DNA of 64,000 nt from Squalus acanthias (lineage: Eukaryota). The stretch lies in assembly GCA_030390025.1 (NCBI GenBank), contig CM059432.1:54128001-54192000 (forward strand), given 5' to 3'. Below the pieces are notes generated by a model that was not told the DNA's origin, searched no databases, and saw nothing but the letters and a program-made list of their open reading frames with translations. Numbering within the stretch: position 1 is the first letter of the stretch; each line of letters begins with the position of its first letter. A program made the translations under genes and the position numbers. Below are positions 50,036 through 62,932 of the stretch, piece by piece.

Positions 50036-52943
50036 TACATAAGAACATAAGGAATAGGAGCAGGAGTAGGCCATTTGGCCCCTCGAGCCTGCTCTGCCAT
50101 TCAATAAGATCATGGCTGATCTGGTCTTGGCCCCAATTCCAATTTCCTGCTCACTCCCCATAACCCTTGACTCCCTTATCGTTCAAAAATCTGTCTATCT
50201 CCACCTTAACTATATTCACTGACCCAGCCTCCACTGCTCTCTGGGGTAGAGAATTCCAAAGATTCACGACCCTCTGAGAGAAGAAATTCCTCCTCATCTC
50301 CGTTTTAAATGGTCGACCCCTTATTCTGAAACTATGCCCCCTAGTTCTATATTCCCCCACGAGGGGAAACATCCTCTCTGCATCTACCCTGTCAAGCCCT
50401 CTCAGAATCTTATACGTTTCAATAAGATCCCCTCTCATTCTTCTAAACGAAACTCCAATGAGTATAGGCCCAACCTGCTCAACCTTTCTTCATAATACAA
50501 CCCCTTCATCTCAGGAATCAACCTAGTGAACCTTCTCTGAACTGCCTCCAATGCAAGTATATCCCTCCTTAAATAAGGAGACCAAAACTGTACGCAGTAC
50601 TCCAGGTTTGGTCTCACCAATACCCTGTACAGTTGTAGCAAGACTTAATACTTTTATACTCCATCCCCCTTGCAATAAAGGCCAACATTCCATTTGCCTT
50701 CCTAATTACTTGCTGTACCTGCATGCTAACTTTTTGTGTTTCATGTACAAGGACCCCTAGATCCCTCTGTACCACAGCATTTTGTAGTCTCCCTGCATTT
50801 AAATAATAATTTGCTTTTTTATTTTTCCTGCCAAAGTGAATAGCCTCACATTTTCCCACATTATACTCCATCTGCAAAATTTTTGCCAACTCACTGAACC
50901 TATCTATATCCCTTTGCAGATTCTTTATGCTCGATTTTGCCAGGCCCGAGGAGGTGGGAATGGAGGCGTGTGGGGTGTTAAAATTGCAAAAAATGGCGGC
51001 CGGCCCCAACCCCGCCTCCATCCCGCCTCCGAGCAATTTTCCCAAATGCGTGGTTTCTGATCCCGTCTCCGTCCCGCCTCCAAGAGGCGGGATAGACCCT
51101 TAAGGCCCTTAACAACCACTTAATTGCCTCTATAATCCCATTTTGAGAGGCCTTTCTGATTTTAAAACTTTTCCGACGTGATGCACGCCTCCTCTGAAAC
51201 ACAACGGTGAAACCTGGCGGTAGCACACTTGGATTGCTGACTATCAGCTGCAGGTCCACCATTAAGAAGGAGATTTGATCAATCATCATTCTGGGGGAAC
51301 TTTTAGCAGTCATAACCATTGTTGTGGAAGTTTGGAGCCTGGAGGAGGAGGGTGGTGGTGGTGGTACACAAAAATTCTGGGAGCAGACTTAGGTCTCCTG
51401 CTGCTCATTTTGCCTCCAGGTCCCTCTCACAGCAAAGGCCAAAAGCTTCCCAGTCTTTGCAGACTTTAAATGCAGCAGCAATGATGACATCATCAGAGGC
51501 GACTTTCAGACTGAAAACACTAATTGGGTCATGGGTTCCCATATGCTGGAACTCAATTGCCCAATTAGGGGAAAATCGAATAATTCTCCCACATCCAATT
51601 GGAATCGGGTGGCTAACACGAAAAGTGGATGACACGACCCCAGCCCGCCCCATGACAAAATCGAGCCCTTTGTGTCCTCTTCACAACTTGCTTTCCCACC
51701 TATCTTTGTATCATCAGTAAATTTGGCTACATTACACTCGGTCCCTTTATCCAAGTCATTAATATAGATTGTAAACAGCTAAGGCCCCAGCACTGATCCC
51801 TGTGGCACCCCACTAGTTACAGTTTGCCAACTTGAAAATGACCCATTTATCCCAACTCTCTGTTTCCTGTTAGTTAGCCAATCCTCTATCCATGCTAATA
51901 TATTACCCCCAACCCCATGAGCTCTTATCTTGTGCAGTAACCTTTTATATGGCACCTTATCGAATGCCTTCTGGAAATCCAAATACACTACATCTACTAG
52001 TTCCCCATTATCCACCCTGCTCGTTACATCCTCAAAGAACTCTAGCAAATTTGTCAAACATGATTTCCCTTTCATAAAGCCATGCTGACTCTGCTTGACT
52101 GTATTATGATTTTCTAAATGTCCTGCTACTACTTCCTTAATAATGGACTCCAGCATTTTCCCAATGACAGATGTTAGGCTAACTGGTCTATAGTTTCCTG
52201 CTTTCTGTCTCCCTCCTTTCTTAAATAGGGGTGTTACATTTGCGGTTTTCCAATCTGCTAGGACCTCTCCAGAATCCAGGGAATTTTGGTAGATTACAAC
52301 CACTATCTCTGTGGCCACTTCTTTTAAGGCCCTAGGATGCAGGCCATCAGGTCCAGGGGACTTGTCCACCTTTAGTCCCATTAGTTTGCCTAGTACTTTT
52401 TCTCTAGTGATGGTGATTGTTTCAAGTTCCCCCCTCCCTATAGCCCCTTGATTATTATTACTGGGATGCTTTTAGTGTCTTCGACCGTGAAGACCGATAC
52501 AAAATATTTGTTCATAGTCTCTGCCATTTCCCTGTTTCCCATTATTAATTCCCCAGTCTCACCCTCTAAGGGGCCAACGTTTACTTTAGTTACTCTCTTC
52601 CTTTTTATATACCTGTAGAAGCTCTTACTGTCCATTTTTATATTTCTTGCTAGTTTACTCTCATAATCTATCTTCTCTCTCTTTATTATTTTTTTAGTCG
52701 TCCTTTGCTGGTTTCTAAAAATTTCCCAATCCTCTGGCCTACCACTAATCTTCGCATCATTGTATGCCTTTGTTTTCAATTTGATACCATCCTTACCTTC
52801 CTTAGTTAGCCACAGATGATTCATTCTTCTCTTAGAGTCTTTCTCACTGGAATATATCTTTGCTGAGCGTTATCAACTATCTCCTTAAATGTCTGCCACT
52901 GCTTATCTACTGTCTTACCCTTTAACCTATTTTCCCAGTCCAC
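50036..52943 (-). mobile_element. CR1 LINE (linker, RT, tail)
   Basis: ORFs 50151-50641, 51779-52381 and 52438-52824; (CATAAGAA)n tail. Confidence 0.97.
50927..51668. mobile_element. Harbinger non-autonomous element in CR1 (inverted relative of 61488-62910)
   Basis: TIR ATGCTCGATTTTGCCA / TGACAAAATCGAGCCC; TSD TTT; 51470-51600 is the reverse complement homolog of 61560-61700. Confidence 0.88.
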
Positions 52944-53082
52944 GTATGCGTAAAACCAAATCCTCCAGTCGCCAACGAAAATTATTATACTTTACCAGTT
53001 ACTTTCCTGTTGTATTGCTCAAAAACATAAATAAATAGGTCTATCTTGCTGTAACTGTCTTTTTGTTTATGTCCCACTCTTT

Positions 53083-54290
53083 GGGGGAAATTTTAAATCC
53101 CCTTACCTGGCGGAAATCAGGCGGGGGGTGGCAGTTAGAATGGAGCGGGTTACCGGCCCCATTCCCAATCAATTGTGATTTTTAAATGCCTGATTATTCA
53201 GGCGTATGAGTCAGGTCTGTGCAAATTGAGGTCCTATTCCCTGATGCTACCTTAACCAGAAAGTCCACAACAACCGGGACAACAAGAAAACCCTGGTCAG
53301 ACCAGTGAAGAGGCCCTGACGGTAAATTTAAAACTTCTTTTTGTGGGGCCAGGAGCTAGAGCTATTAGAACATGTAAGCTAGAATTAGCTAATAAACTTT
53401 AACCTGTTTTCCTGGGTTGGGAGTCATTTGGTATTCAGGGTGGGTCCAGGCGAGATCGCCATTACCAAGAGGGAATCTGCTGCTGCAGCACCAGAAGAGG
53501 CAGAAGCAGCATTAAAAGAGCAGGAGCACCCAAATGATTGGAAGAAATATCCCACTGAGGGTCTCAGCCAGACTGGTGCCTTCAGCACATAATTGCTGAG
53601 GGCAAAATGAAGAGATAGAAAGCCATTATAAGGTTACTGCCAAGAACTTCCATATGGTGGCCCCAGGAAGCCGCTAACAGGAACAGATGTCAGGAAAATC
53701 CATTGGGGACCTGGGCCCTGTTTCCTCCCATGCTCCTACTCCATACCACCATTTGCACGTGCCAGATAGAGAATGATCTGTTAGTGGCGTTCCCGGCGAG
53801 ATTGGGGGGAAACGTAGGTTGGCTGGTAAGTAGGTAGTAGGTCTCATCGCCAGTATTTTCCATCATTCTCCGCCACTATCCCACTTGATTTCAGGCAGAA
53901 CTGTGAAGGAAAATCCAGCTGGGGATGTCCAGAAAACAGTGGTGGAAGCAGAATCCATGGGCTGACTTTTCCGTGGTGGTAGCGGGTGCGATCGGTGGCG
54001 GCTTGGGTGGGAAAGTTGTTTTTTTTGACAGCGGATCAGGAACCCGCTGTAAACTCACTCTCACGCGCCATTCCCACAGGCGCATCTGTCAGCTTGGAGC
54101 CGACTCGACCTGCAGCGGCGGGGGACCTAATTGAAATCATTATGAGATAATTTACAGGCACTTAAGAGCCTTTTCCCCCCTACTTTTTAAATTTCCCTGC
54201 ATGGCCACGGGATTCATACAGCTCGGGAATCACGTCTGTTAATCTTAGGCATCAGTTCCGTGGCCATGGCTCCAGCTGATTACTTGACAG
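53083..54290. mobile_element. Two adjacent degenerate Harbinger-like elements (about 53083-53921 and 53958-54290)
   Basis: Ends GGGGGAAATTTT, GGAAAATCCAGC and GGGCTGACTTTTCC; GGCGGG-rich subtermini. Confidence 0.5.
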
Positions 54291-54309
54291 CATGGAAAAC
54301 AAACCAAAA

Positions 54310-54388
54310 TCTCCACGGATGCTGCCTGACCTGTTGAGTGTTTCCAGCATTTTCTGTTGTTATTTCAGATTTCCAGCATCCGCAGTTG
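54310..54388 (+). mobile_element. Penelope-type terminal fragment without the ribozyme core
   Basis: GATGCTGCCTGACCTGTTGAGTGTTTCCAGCATTTTCTG matches 13777-13826. Confidence 0.65.
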
Positions 54389-54723
54389 TTGATTACATCA
54401 GCTAACAGATTGATGGAGCTTCTGTACTACTTGAAAAGCTACTGGTAAATGTTAATTTTTCACTGGCGATTCTCGGCTGTTGCCTTCCAACTGAACATTA
54501 ATTGCAGTGAATTGATCTGCACTATAAAAAATGTCATATACCATTTAAATAAATTTTTGTGTTGTTTCTGGTCAGGTTTTTCACACAGTATACTGTGATT
54601 GTTCAGTTACACTTTAAATCAAGTCATCAACTGTAACAATTTCATTCTCATCTCTCATTAAACTGGTTCAATTTGCTTTCAGTCCCTGAATATGGCTAAT
54701 TTAATTTTTCAGTCTGAGACTTT

Positions 54724-54881
54724 AGGGTGACTTTCTGCGGAGGTTCTCTCATTTGTCCAGTGTTAACTTCAATGGAAGAGCTGCAGAAATCCCAGAAACA
54801 CATTGTAAGCACCACTTACACTGTTTGTCTGGGATTCTGCAGCTGTTTCGCTGAACTTGCATAAGATTGTAAATCCACCCC
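54724..54881. mobile_element. 158-bp hairpin Harbinger-like MITE
   Basis: TIR AGGGTGACTTT / AAATCCACCCC; TSD TTT; inner inverted repeat GCTGCAGAAATCCCAGA / TCTGGGATTCTGCAGC. Confidence 0.7.
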
Positions 54882-55368
54882 TTTACATTGACATTTAAAA
54901 TCTGCTTAATTTTATGTATTACCTATACACACACATCTTTTAGTTGTACCAGTTACTGATACAAAAGTCTATAGATTTGTGACTAAAGCACCAATAACTT
55001 CACACATTTTTGGTTGTGTTCTTGATCATATTTGCAGATGAAGTCATATTACTTAATGATAATTTTATTTAATTATTTCTTTGTCACTCATATATAACTT
55101 TTATTATATGATTGTACAGTAAAGATTCAACACATGTTAGATTGAACTTAAAATTTAATGTGGCCAGTATCCCGGCTTAAAACATGTCATGAATGACATC
55201 ACCAGGCCCGCTCCATCTCATTGGGCCGGGTAACGCGCTGGGCGGGCTTAATAGGCCCCATTAAGGTAAGTTGATTCTGTACAGCGGGATGGAACCAGCA
55301 GCGGGGTTGCGACCCGCCACGGACACCGGCTGCACCGGACCCGCTAAGGTAAGGAAAATTCCAGTCCA

Positions 55369-55505
55369 TGGTACCTTTTATGGGGAAGTAGATAAATATC
55401 TGGAAAAGTAAAATTTTAAAGGGTATGGGGAAATGACAGTGGAATAGGACTAAGGCTAAAGAGCTAGCACAGGCATGCTGGGCCAAATGACCTCATCTGT
55501 ACTAA
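55369..55505 (+). mobile_element. CR1 3' end fragment
   Basis: TAGATAAATATCTG...GGGTATGGGG...GGGCCAAATGACCTCATCTGT. Confidence 0.65.
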
Positions 55506-55639
55506 GAAGAATTAATTTAATTCAAAATTCAAAATGGTTATATTTGCATACTCAGTCCTGTTTGAAAAGACAATAGGCTATGACGAAGTGCAATGTACTA
55601 ACCAGGAAGTTGTTCACAGGACATATCCTTTAACTCAAA

Positions 55640-56484
55640 GGGGGTGATTTTGCCAATGGGGACATGATGGAGGCGGGACTGCTGCTTGTCGGGCTTTAGT
55701 CCCGCCTCCATTGACGTCCGGCCAACCCTCGCTATTTTCCCTTGATTGACCTTGTTAAGCCTGCCCAGCGGGTTTAGCAGGCCAATAAGGGAAAGCCGGT
55801 GACAGAGAACATCAGCGTATGACGTTTCATCTGTCAAAAATTTTTGACAGATGAATTGTCATCGTTCGACAGCTTTGAGAAGCTGTCAAACACTGACATT
55901 CTCTGTTGTTTGGTGAGTTCTTGTACTCAATGTTCACCAAACCTATTTCCTGAGCAGAAAGCAGATGGCTGTTGCATCGGAGAATGCAGCAGCCATTCTG
56001 TCATCTCTGCCGTGGAGATGCCGGAGCCTCCGGATCCCCAACGATTGAAGCCTGCAGGAAGAAACAAAGGGAAGTAAACTTTTTCTAACACTTCTCACTC
56101 ACCTCACATACTTACTTCTCCACACTTGCACCCATCACTCACCTCTACAGCGGACTTTTCGACCCCTCTCACCCCCGCAGACCCACTGCTCGCCTCGCTG
56201 ACCCTGGCGGGGTTTTCCGACGTCAGGAAGCCCGCACTTCTATTGGAAAAATGGGGATAATCCTCTTAACTGCCTGTTAACTACCTGTTAACAGACAGTT
56301 AAGTGGCTGTAATCCCCTTCCCGCCTCAAGGAGACGGGACCCGGTGCGGGTTGGGTACCCACCTTTGGGGAAGATGGCATGGAGGTGGGTTGGGGGCGGG
56401 ATGGGTACCCGCTCCCGGTTTCTGCCAATTTTCCGGCAGTCCCGCCTCCAAACCCGCCTCCCCAGGGCTGGCAAAATCACCCCC
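55640..56484 (-). mobile_element. Harbinger non-autonomous element with perfect TIRs
   Basis: Perfect 16-bp TIR GGGGGTGATTTTGCCA; TSD AAA. Confidence 0.92.
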
Positions 56485-57749
56485 AAAGCATCTATATCTC
56501 CAAAGATGTTTTTATTAAATAGATTTAGAATAAGATTAAGAGATAGCTATTTTAATTGCACAAATATCTGGTGCTTTTAATCTAATTAGTATTGCTTCAA
56601 CCTGTTTTTCAAAGCTTGTCTCTATTACATGGAAATGAGAATTTAGTTTGCCTTTAATTCAACCTTGGGTTCAGTTAGTGCACTATTTGCTTATTCATTG
56701 CTCTATTTTAAGTTTATACTGCTTTTTAATTATTTGAGAGGAAATTAGATAAGAAAACAACAATTTTCACAGTTGGATTTTAATGAAGAATCATAACTGG
56801 AGTTTTATTAAAATGAACATTTTAAAAACTAACATTTGCAGAAACAAATAATAACCCCATTACATGCTGTTGAGTAAGTTTTACAATACTTATTTATAAT
56901 TAAGGCATTGATTTAATCAAAAAAAATGCTGACAAAGTGGATTTGTTGCTTTATATTTCTGGTGCTTTGATCTCATTTAAACAATATACCCATGTTAGCT
57001 TGTATCCTGATTAAATGAGAAAGTGTACAATTATCAGCAGAGCGCTAATCTGGCACTTATTTGCTTTGCTCCTGCTAAATGTTCAAAAGCAAAGATTTGA
57101 TTAACATCAGTTAATTACTTATAATTATTGTTTAGTTTTGATGTATTCTGTCAAGTAACATTTCAGAGAAATTGATCATGTCCGAAGATGTAAACGTTTT
57201 AGTCTGTCGAAGGTGGTTGGGCAAGGCAAGGGGGAGAATGGATGGAAGTGAAAGGGTTAAAGAGTGGATGGCAATGAATGAGGAGGTGGAAGAATGGATG
57301 GGGTGGAACCCCATTAGAAATAAACCACCTTCAAGATTTGGATTTTGCTTTCAGGTTTTCATGTACCGAGATTATTTTTCCTCCAGGACAAGTGAAGAAA
57401 CATTATGTATATATACAGTTTATGTTACAAAGCCCATGTAACTATTTTGTTTTCTCATGTCTGATAACTTTAGGAGTTACGTTAAAGATTCTGTTCCAGT
57501 ACTGAAAGAATTATTAATTTGATTCAAACAGAATTGAGCCAACAAACTGAACCTATTCGCTCACACCCAGAATGAGGAACAGGAGACTAGAAATTCATTT
57601 GTGCAATATTAGTACAGGACTGCTTAATATTTAACATGTTCATACTCTATTATTACACACAGTAATTTCAAGGCAGTATTCACCCTCACACAACCCGGTA
57701 TTATGTTTTTTTAAAGAAGTGCAGTCAGATTACTGCACAAGTTCAAATA

Positions 57750-58150
57750 AAAGAAAGAAAACAGAGAAAAAGAACTTGCATTTCATGACCTCAGGCTGTC
57801 TCAAAGCGCTTTACAGCCAATTAAGTACTTTTGAAGTGTAGCCACGGTTGTAATGTAGGAAATGCAGCAACCAATTTGCACATAGCAAGCTCCCACAAAC
57901 AGCAATTAAATAAATCATTTGTTTTTATGTGTTGGTTGAGGGTTAGATATTAGCCAGGACATGGAGAGAAGTCCCTGATCTTCTTTGAATGGTGCCGTGG
58001 GATCTTTTACGTCTACCTGAAAGGCCTTGGTTTAACATCTCATCCGGAAGATGGCACCTCCGACAGTGCAGCACTTCCTCAGTACTGCATAGAAGTGTCA
58101 GCCTAGATTATGTGCTCAAGTCTCTGGAGTGGAACTTGAACCCACAACCT
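57750..58150 (-). mobile_element. Deu-domain SINE, nearly full length
   Basis: Minus-strand B box GGTTCAAGTTCC near 58140, Deu core, L2-like tail. Confidence 0.9.
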
Positions 58151-58489
58151 GAAAAGATTACAGTTGCTTTATTAATGTAATATTGCAATTCAATATTCAA
58201 TAAACTGCTTGAATTATCACAAAGGGTTTCTGTCACATGGTGCTGGCAATGTTAATTTTTCTTAAATGTTTTTGGTGAATGCTTGTGTTCATGAAGATGA
58301 ACAGATGCTCAGTCTACTGTCAGCCAGGAACAGTTTGTCTATAATACCTGGGATGAAGGGGAGCATTCTATTAATCCCTCAACATCTGCTCTGCAAGGAT
58401 TTCTTGGGCAATAGCCACTTGTCACCAAGCCTGTTTTCACCTCTTTGATGGTTTGAGAGGGAGTGCCTGGACCTAAACAATAAGCAGGT

Positions 58490-59098
58490 TAGGGTTGCCA
58501 ACTTTGGTTGGACACATTCCAGGTGGTTACATCATTTAACTTCTCACATTTCAAGCAATTATACTTCGGAATGTTTGTGCCTTTAAAATTAATAATTGAG
58601 TATAAAATAATTTTATGAAAGCAGCCGATTAATAAAATGTAAACAAGCACTGCTATTGAAAAAATAACAAACAAGTCCTCATTTTAAAAAGCTACAACAC
58701 CCCTTGAATGAATAATTCAAGAGCAGTCACCCACCACGCTTTTTGTTGAGTACAGCATGGAACACTACCATTGGATGAGTAGTCCCTGGATTTATTGTAG
58801 CAACAACTCTCCACTCCATAATCAACCTCTCGCCAAATAGGCATCACACACTCTGACTGGGCCACAGCAGGTGTGCGCTGCATGTTTCTGACTCGGTCCG
58901 GTCACAGTTGCTGTACTATCACTTCCACTCAAAGAGCATTACTGGGAGAAGGCGGCCAAGCGAGTGAGAGCTAAGGTTGCCAACTCTACTGCCAACTCTG
59001 TATGATCTTTCTCTCCCGGGTTGCTCGCAGCAGTGCTCGGGAGATCAATCTTAAATTCCTGGAGACTCCAGGATAGTTCACGAGGATTGGCAACCTTG
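58490..59098. mobile_element. hAT (Blackjack-like) non-autonomous element
   Basis: TIR TAGGGTTGCCAA / TTGGCAACCTTG; an extra internal TIR-like TAAGGTTGCCAAC at 58972; TSD degraded. Confidence 0.7.
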
Positions 59099-59350
59099 AT
59101 CAAGTAAGAGTGGGACATTTATATGACAAAGCTAATTTTGTGCTAATATTTTTCTATTAATACCATATTGTATTTTATGTTATAAATAAGCACAATTTTA
59201 GTTAAATGGAAGTACATTAATTTATATCAAAAGGAACATGTGTTAGTGTGTAGGTAATGTCTTATCTTTTCCTCATATCAATCCTTGAATGGCTGGTTTC
59301 TTTCTTTGCAGTTATCTTCTCAAACATCAAAATACAAAATCCACTCTCTG

Positions 59351-60105
59351 TGTAAGAAATAGTGGTCCTATAGAATCATGAGAAATAGGCTTCTCTAGTT
59401 AAGGGAAACTCTTCAGCTGTCTGCCTGAGCTGACACAGTACAATGTTAATCATGTTAGATAAGGGTTTTCACAAGGGCTCGATATGAGGCCAAGGACATA
59501 ATGTAGAAACAGGCCTTTGTGTAGGTATGACTGGGCCTGATAAGAGGGTAGGGAAGGAGCCTCATGATCCGCGTATCTAAAACAAACTCGCTGGGAGAAG
59601 GTAATAAGATGTCCATACAAGAGATAAGCAAAGGAATGATCTCATTGGACTGGAGCCTAGGTTAGGAGGGGTCTGCCTTGGGTATCTATTCCCCTGTAAT
59701 TGAACATTGGACTGAGTAAATGTAATTAAACGAATGATTGACGGGAGGTATCCACCTGCCTCTAAAATAAGGTATATAAACGGGCAGTCGAGAAGGGAAA
59801 AAAGGACAGATGGAGGAGGGCTCCCCGAGGTGGATCCATGCTAGCTTCGACTTAACACCTCAGCCAGCTTGAGAGACGACCAAAGAAGAAGAGATCGTTA
59901 CCGTAGGCTGCAAAGATTAAGTTGTCCTGCCTCATCCATTTGTCCGTCCGATCCGGGCCCAATAAACGTTTCTCACCTGTTACGGGTCGTATGTCTACTG
60001 TGTCTATCCTGATTATGTGTTGTATTTGAACTGTCGCTCCTCAATAAACCGCTTGTGACTCCTCGAATCTTTTGGGTAATCTGTGACCCTTGATCAAATC
60101 TTACA
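59351..60105 (+). mobile_element. Solo LTR (755 bp)
   Basis: Ends TGTAAGA...TCTTACA; TSD TCTG (59347-59350, 60106-60109); TATATAAA at 59773; AATAAA at 59961 and 60043. Confidence 0.92.
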
Positions 60106-60439
60106 TCTGGAAGTGATATTCCTCTGTACATTTGAGCTAATATGTGTGTTAAAGTAATGCTAATATGTAACAATTTAATGCTTTAATATTAAATAGGGAG
60201 CATTAGTGCTCCCAAAATTCTTTAAGGGCAAAACTGAATTAATAAACATTAACACACAGACCACGTGTGTCAAAGTTCTTATGACTTGTTAAGGGCTTAC
60301 TAAGTACCAATTAAAGGTGAATGTCAAAATTTGCTCATGCTTGCATACCAACAGACATCATGATAATGCAAAATGTCAGGAGTAAGGCAGTGAGAAGACT
60401 CAGTAGAGGCCAAGCACGAAGTAAAATGGAAGGCCGATA

Positions 60440-60660
60440 AAGTATGTACATTGCCAGCAACAGAGCTACCTAAACTTCACTGAAGGGTTATCTATCAGTA
60501 AGGACGCCATAGATGACACATACAATCTCCTGGAACCAAACCTGCAGTTGAAATGCAACATAAGCACTGAGTTGCCAGTAGTGGTAAAAGTGATGATGGC
60601 ACTCAAATTTTTCACCACAGGCAACAGGAGACTTGCCAAGGATCCATCACTCTTATCCAT
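60440..60660 (+). pseudogene. Harbinger transposase N-terminal remnant
   Basis: QSYLNFTE...YNLLEPNLQLKCNISTELPVVVKVMMALKFFTTG resembles HARBI1 ALPVAVKVxxALNFxxSG. Confidence 0.75.
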
Positions 60661-61487
60661 TACACCTATAGCTTATTCACCTAGGCTTATGAGACCGTTG
60701 GGCCCAAAATGATTATCATGGTGATGTTATATATGAGCCTGGCAGCCACATGATCCATGTTTCAGCTTATTAGTTTCAACCTGTCACCACAAGACTGTTA
60801 ATTGTAGTCTTCTAACAGGTTGGTAATAATGCCATGCAGTGTTACTATGTTCTACAAGGTGCAACAAGAAACAAAAGATTCACAGACCGTCTTGGCAGTG
60901 ATAAAAAGAGTTTTCTAAGCTACCAGGGAAACTGGCATTCATAACTGTGATAACAGTCCTAGAATCGCAGACTGTCTGCTAATAGAATGGAGCAATGCCT
61001 TTTTTGTTAAGGAAGTTGTTTGCATTATTAGCAAGTGCACATCAGTAACACCAAGGATATTAGCGAATGGAGCAATAATAATGATTGCTTCACTCATCCT
61101 TTTTTTGGTGCTAAAATGATGTTAGGAAACTGATACAGTAATATTTTCTTTAAAGTAAATCAGTGGTGACTTTAGAAATGATGTTGGTGAGAGGACAGAA
61201 TGGCACACTGGGTTAGCACATTATCCTTCGTAGCACGTGCTCAGGTGTTAGAAGATAGCTAAGCTAATTTTTAAACTTCAATAGTGTACTCACAAACACA
61301 AGTCTCTGACAAGTGTTTTGAATCACATACTGTGGACCTATCCAGTTTGTAACATTGCATCTTTTCCCAGTGAGGAAGAAGAATTTACATTATTTTGGCT
61401 ATTTTGTGCTCACCAGCTTCCTTTATAACTCTCATAACATTTTAACTCAGATGTATTGTATTACACAGCCAAAGACTCAGAATTATA

Positions 61488-62910
61488 GGGCACGATTTTC
61501 CCATTGGAGGCGGGTTGGAGGCGGGTTTCGGTTTGGGTGGGTTCCAAACCCGCCTCCACTGAGAGGTGGGAAAAATTTGCGATTTTCCCCTAATTGGCCA
61601 GTTGATTTCAGAAGTGTGGGTTCCCCTGGGCCAATTAATGTTTTGAGACTGAAACTCGCCTCTGCTAATGTCACTTATCCAGCTTCATTGAAGGGCTGCT
61701 TGCTGCCTTGGTTCATTCCACTGGTTTTTGGTCGATGCTGCACCACCTCCAAGCTGTTATCTCCTTGAAGAATGGCCAGCTCCAAGGCAAGGGCCTCCCC
61801 AAGGTTCTCAGATGAGGCGCTGGGTATCCTGGTTGAGGGGGTGAGAACTAGCAGCGAGTTGCTCTTCCCCTCATCTGGGAGGAAGAGGCCACCCAAAGAA
61901 ACCAAGGCTGTGTGGGTCCAGCTGGCAAGGGATCTAATCTGTTTATTGATGAAATGCCATCCCTGTAGGAATGTATTAAAATGAGGTGATGGCAAACTGT
62001 TAGCATGCTGGCATCTGTTATTTCGGCTTAGGCAGCTCCACATTGCGGGCTCCGCGACACTTGCGTGGTCAGGTTGGTGGTCAGAGTGAAAGGAGGCCAG
62101 AGAGTTATGTCCATTGTCTATCATGTGTTAAGAAGGAGCCAAGCACATGTGCCACAATGGGCAACCTATGCAAATCTGGCCAGGATGAGTGCATTCCTTG
62201 CACGATGTGCTTCCATGCGCTGGCGCCTTCTGCCCTGTGCAGCATCAGGTGGCTGAGCAGGAGGTTGGGTCTCCTGCTGCTGTTGCTGCTGAGTTGCCTG
62301 GTTCTGCTGCTGCCGTGGCTGCTCCTCATCCGAATCTGAGCTCCATGGTGAAAGGAAATAAATGGTTCCCATGGTGCTGGCAGATACCTCCGTTGGGAAA
62401 GCGCTCAGTCCAAGCGGGGAGAGGGTCTTTCAAGGAGGTCCCACATTTGAGAGATAGAATCTGCAGCACCTCCGACTTCGGTAGGCCTGCTAAAAGTACT
62501 GAAAGACCTTTGGAACAAAAGTTCTGCCACCTGCAACTGCTCCCTGATAAAAGCTCTATTTTAATGGTGGAGCTGCAGCTGTGAGGAGGCCACCCACTTG
62601 TCAACCCACCAGGATTAGCTGGCGTGGTTTAGGAGGGTTGTGCAACACGCTGAAAATAAGATAAAATAACGAAGGCCTGTCAAAATAGGATAATAGAGGC
62701 CCTTAACTAATATTTAAGCGTCTTAACTACCTCTCCCGACTGATGGAAGAGGGACCGAATCGCACCCATCAAACCCGCCTCCGGCAAAATTGCGCGGAGG
62801 CGGGTTGGAGGCGGGTTGGAGGCGGGTTCCGAACCCGCCCTCAGTTTTCGCCATTTTGCCAACTGTCCCGCCTCCAAACCCGCCTCTTCGAGGCTGGGAA
62901 AATCGCCCCC
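61488..62910. mobile_element. Harbinger internal-deletion derivative with Myb start (+) and collapsed transposase (-)
   Basis: TIR GGGCACGATTTTCCCA / TGGGAAAATCGCCCCC; TSD ATA; ORF 61772 MASSKARASPRFSDEALGILVEGV...W is a Myb/SANT N-terminus. Confidence 0.92.
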
Positions 62911-62932
62911 ATAATTATAATAAAAAGAACAA

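Noticed and set aside
57278..57505. ORF containing TEIIFPPGQVKKHY as a host exon
   Set aside because: Only superficial resemblance to known domains, no convincing donor, and no partner exons
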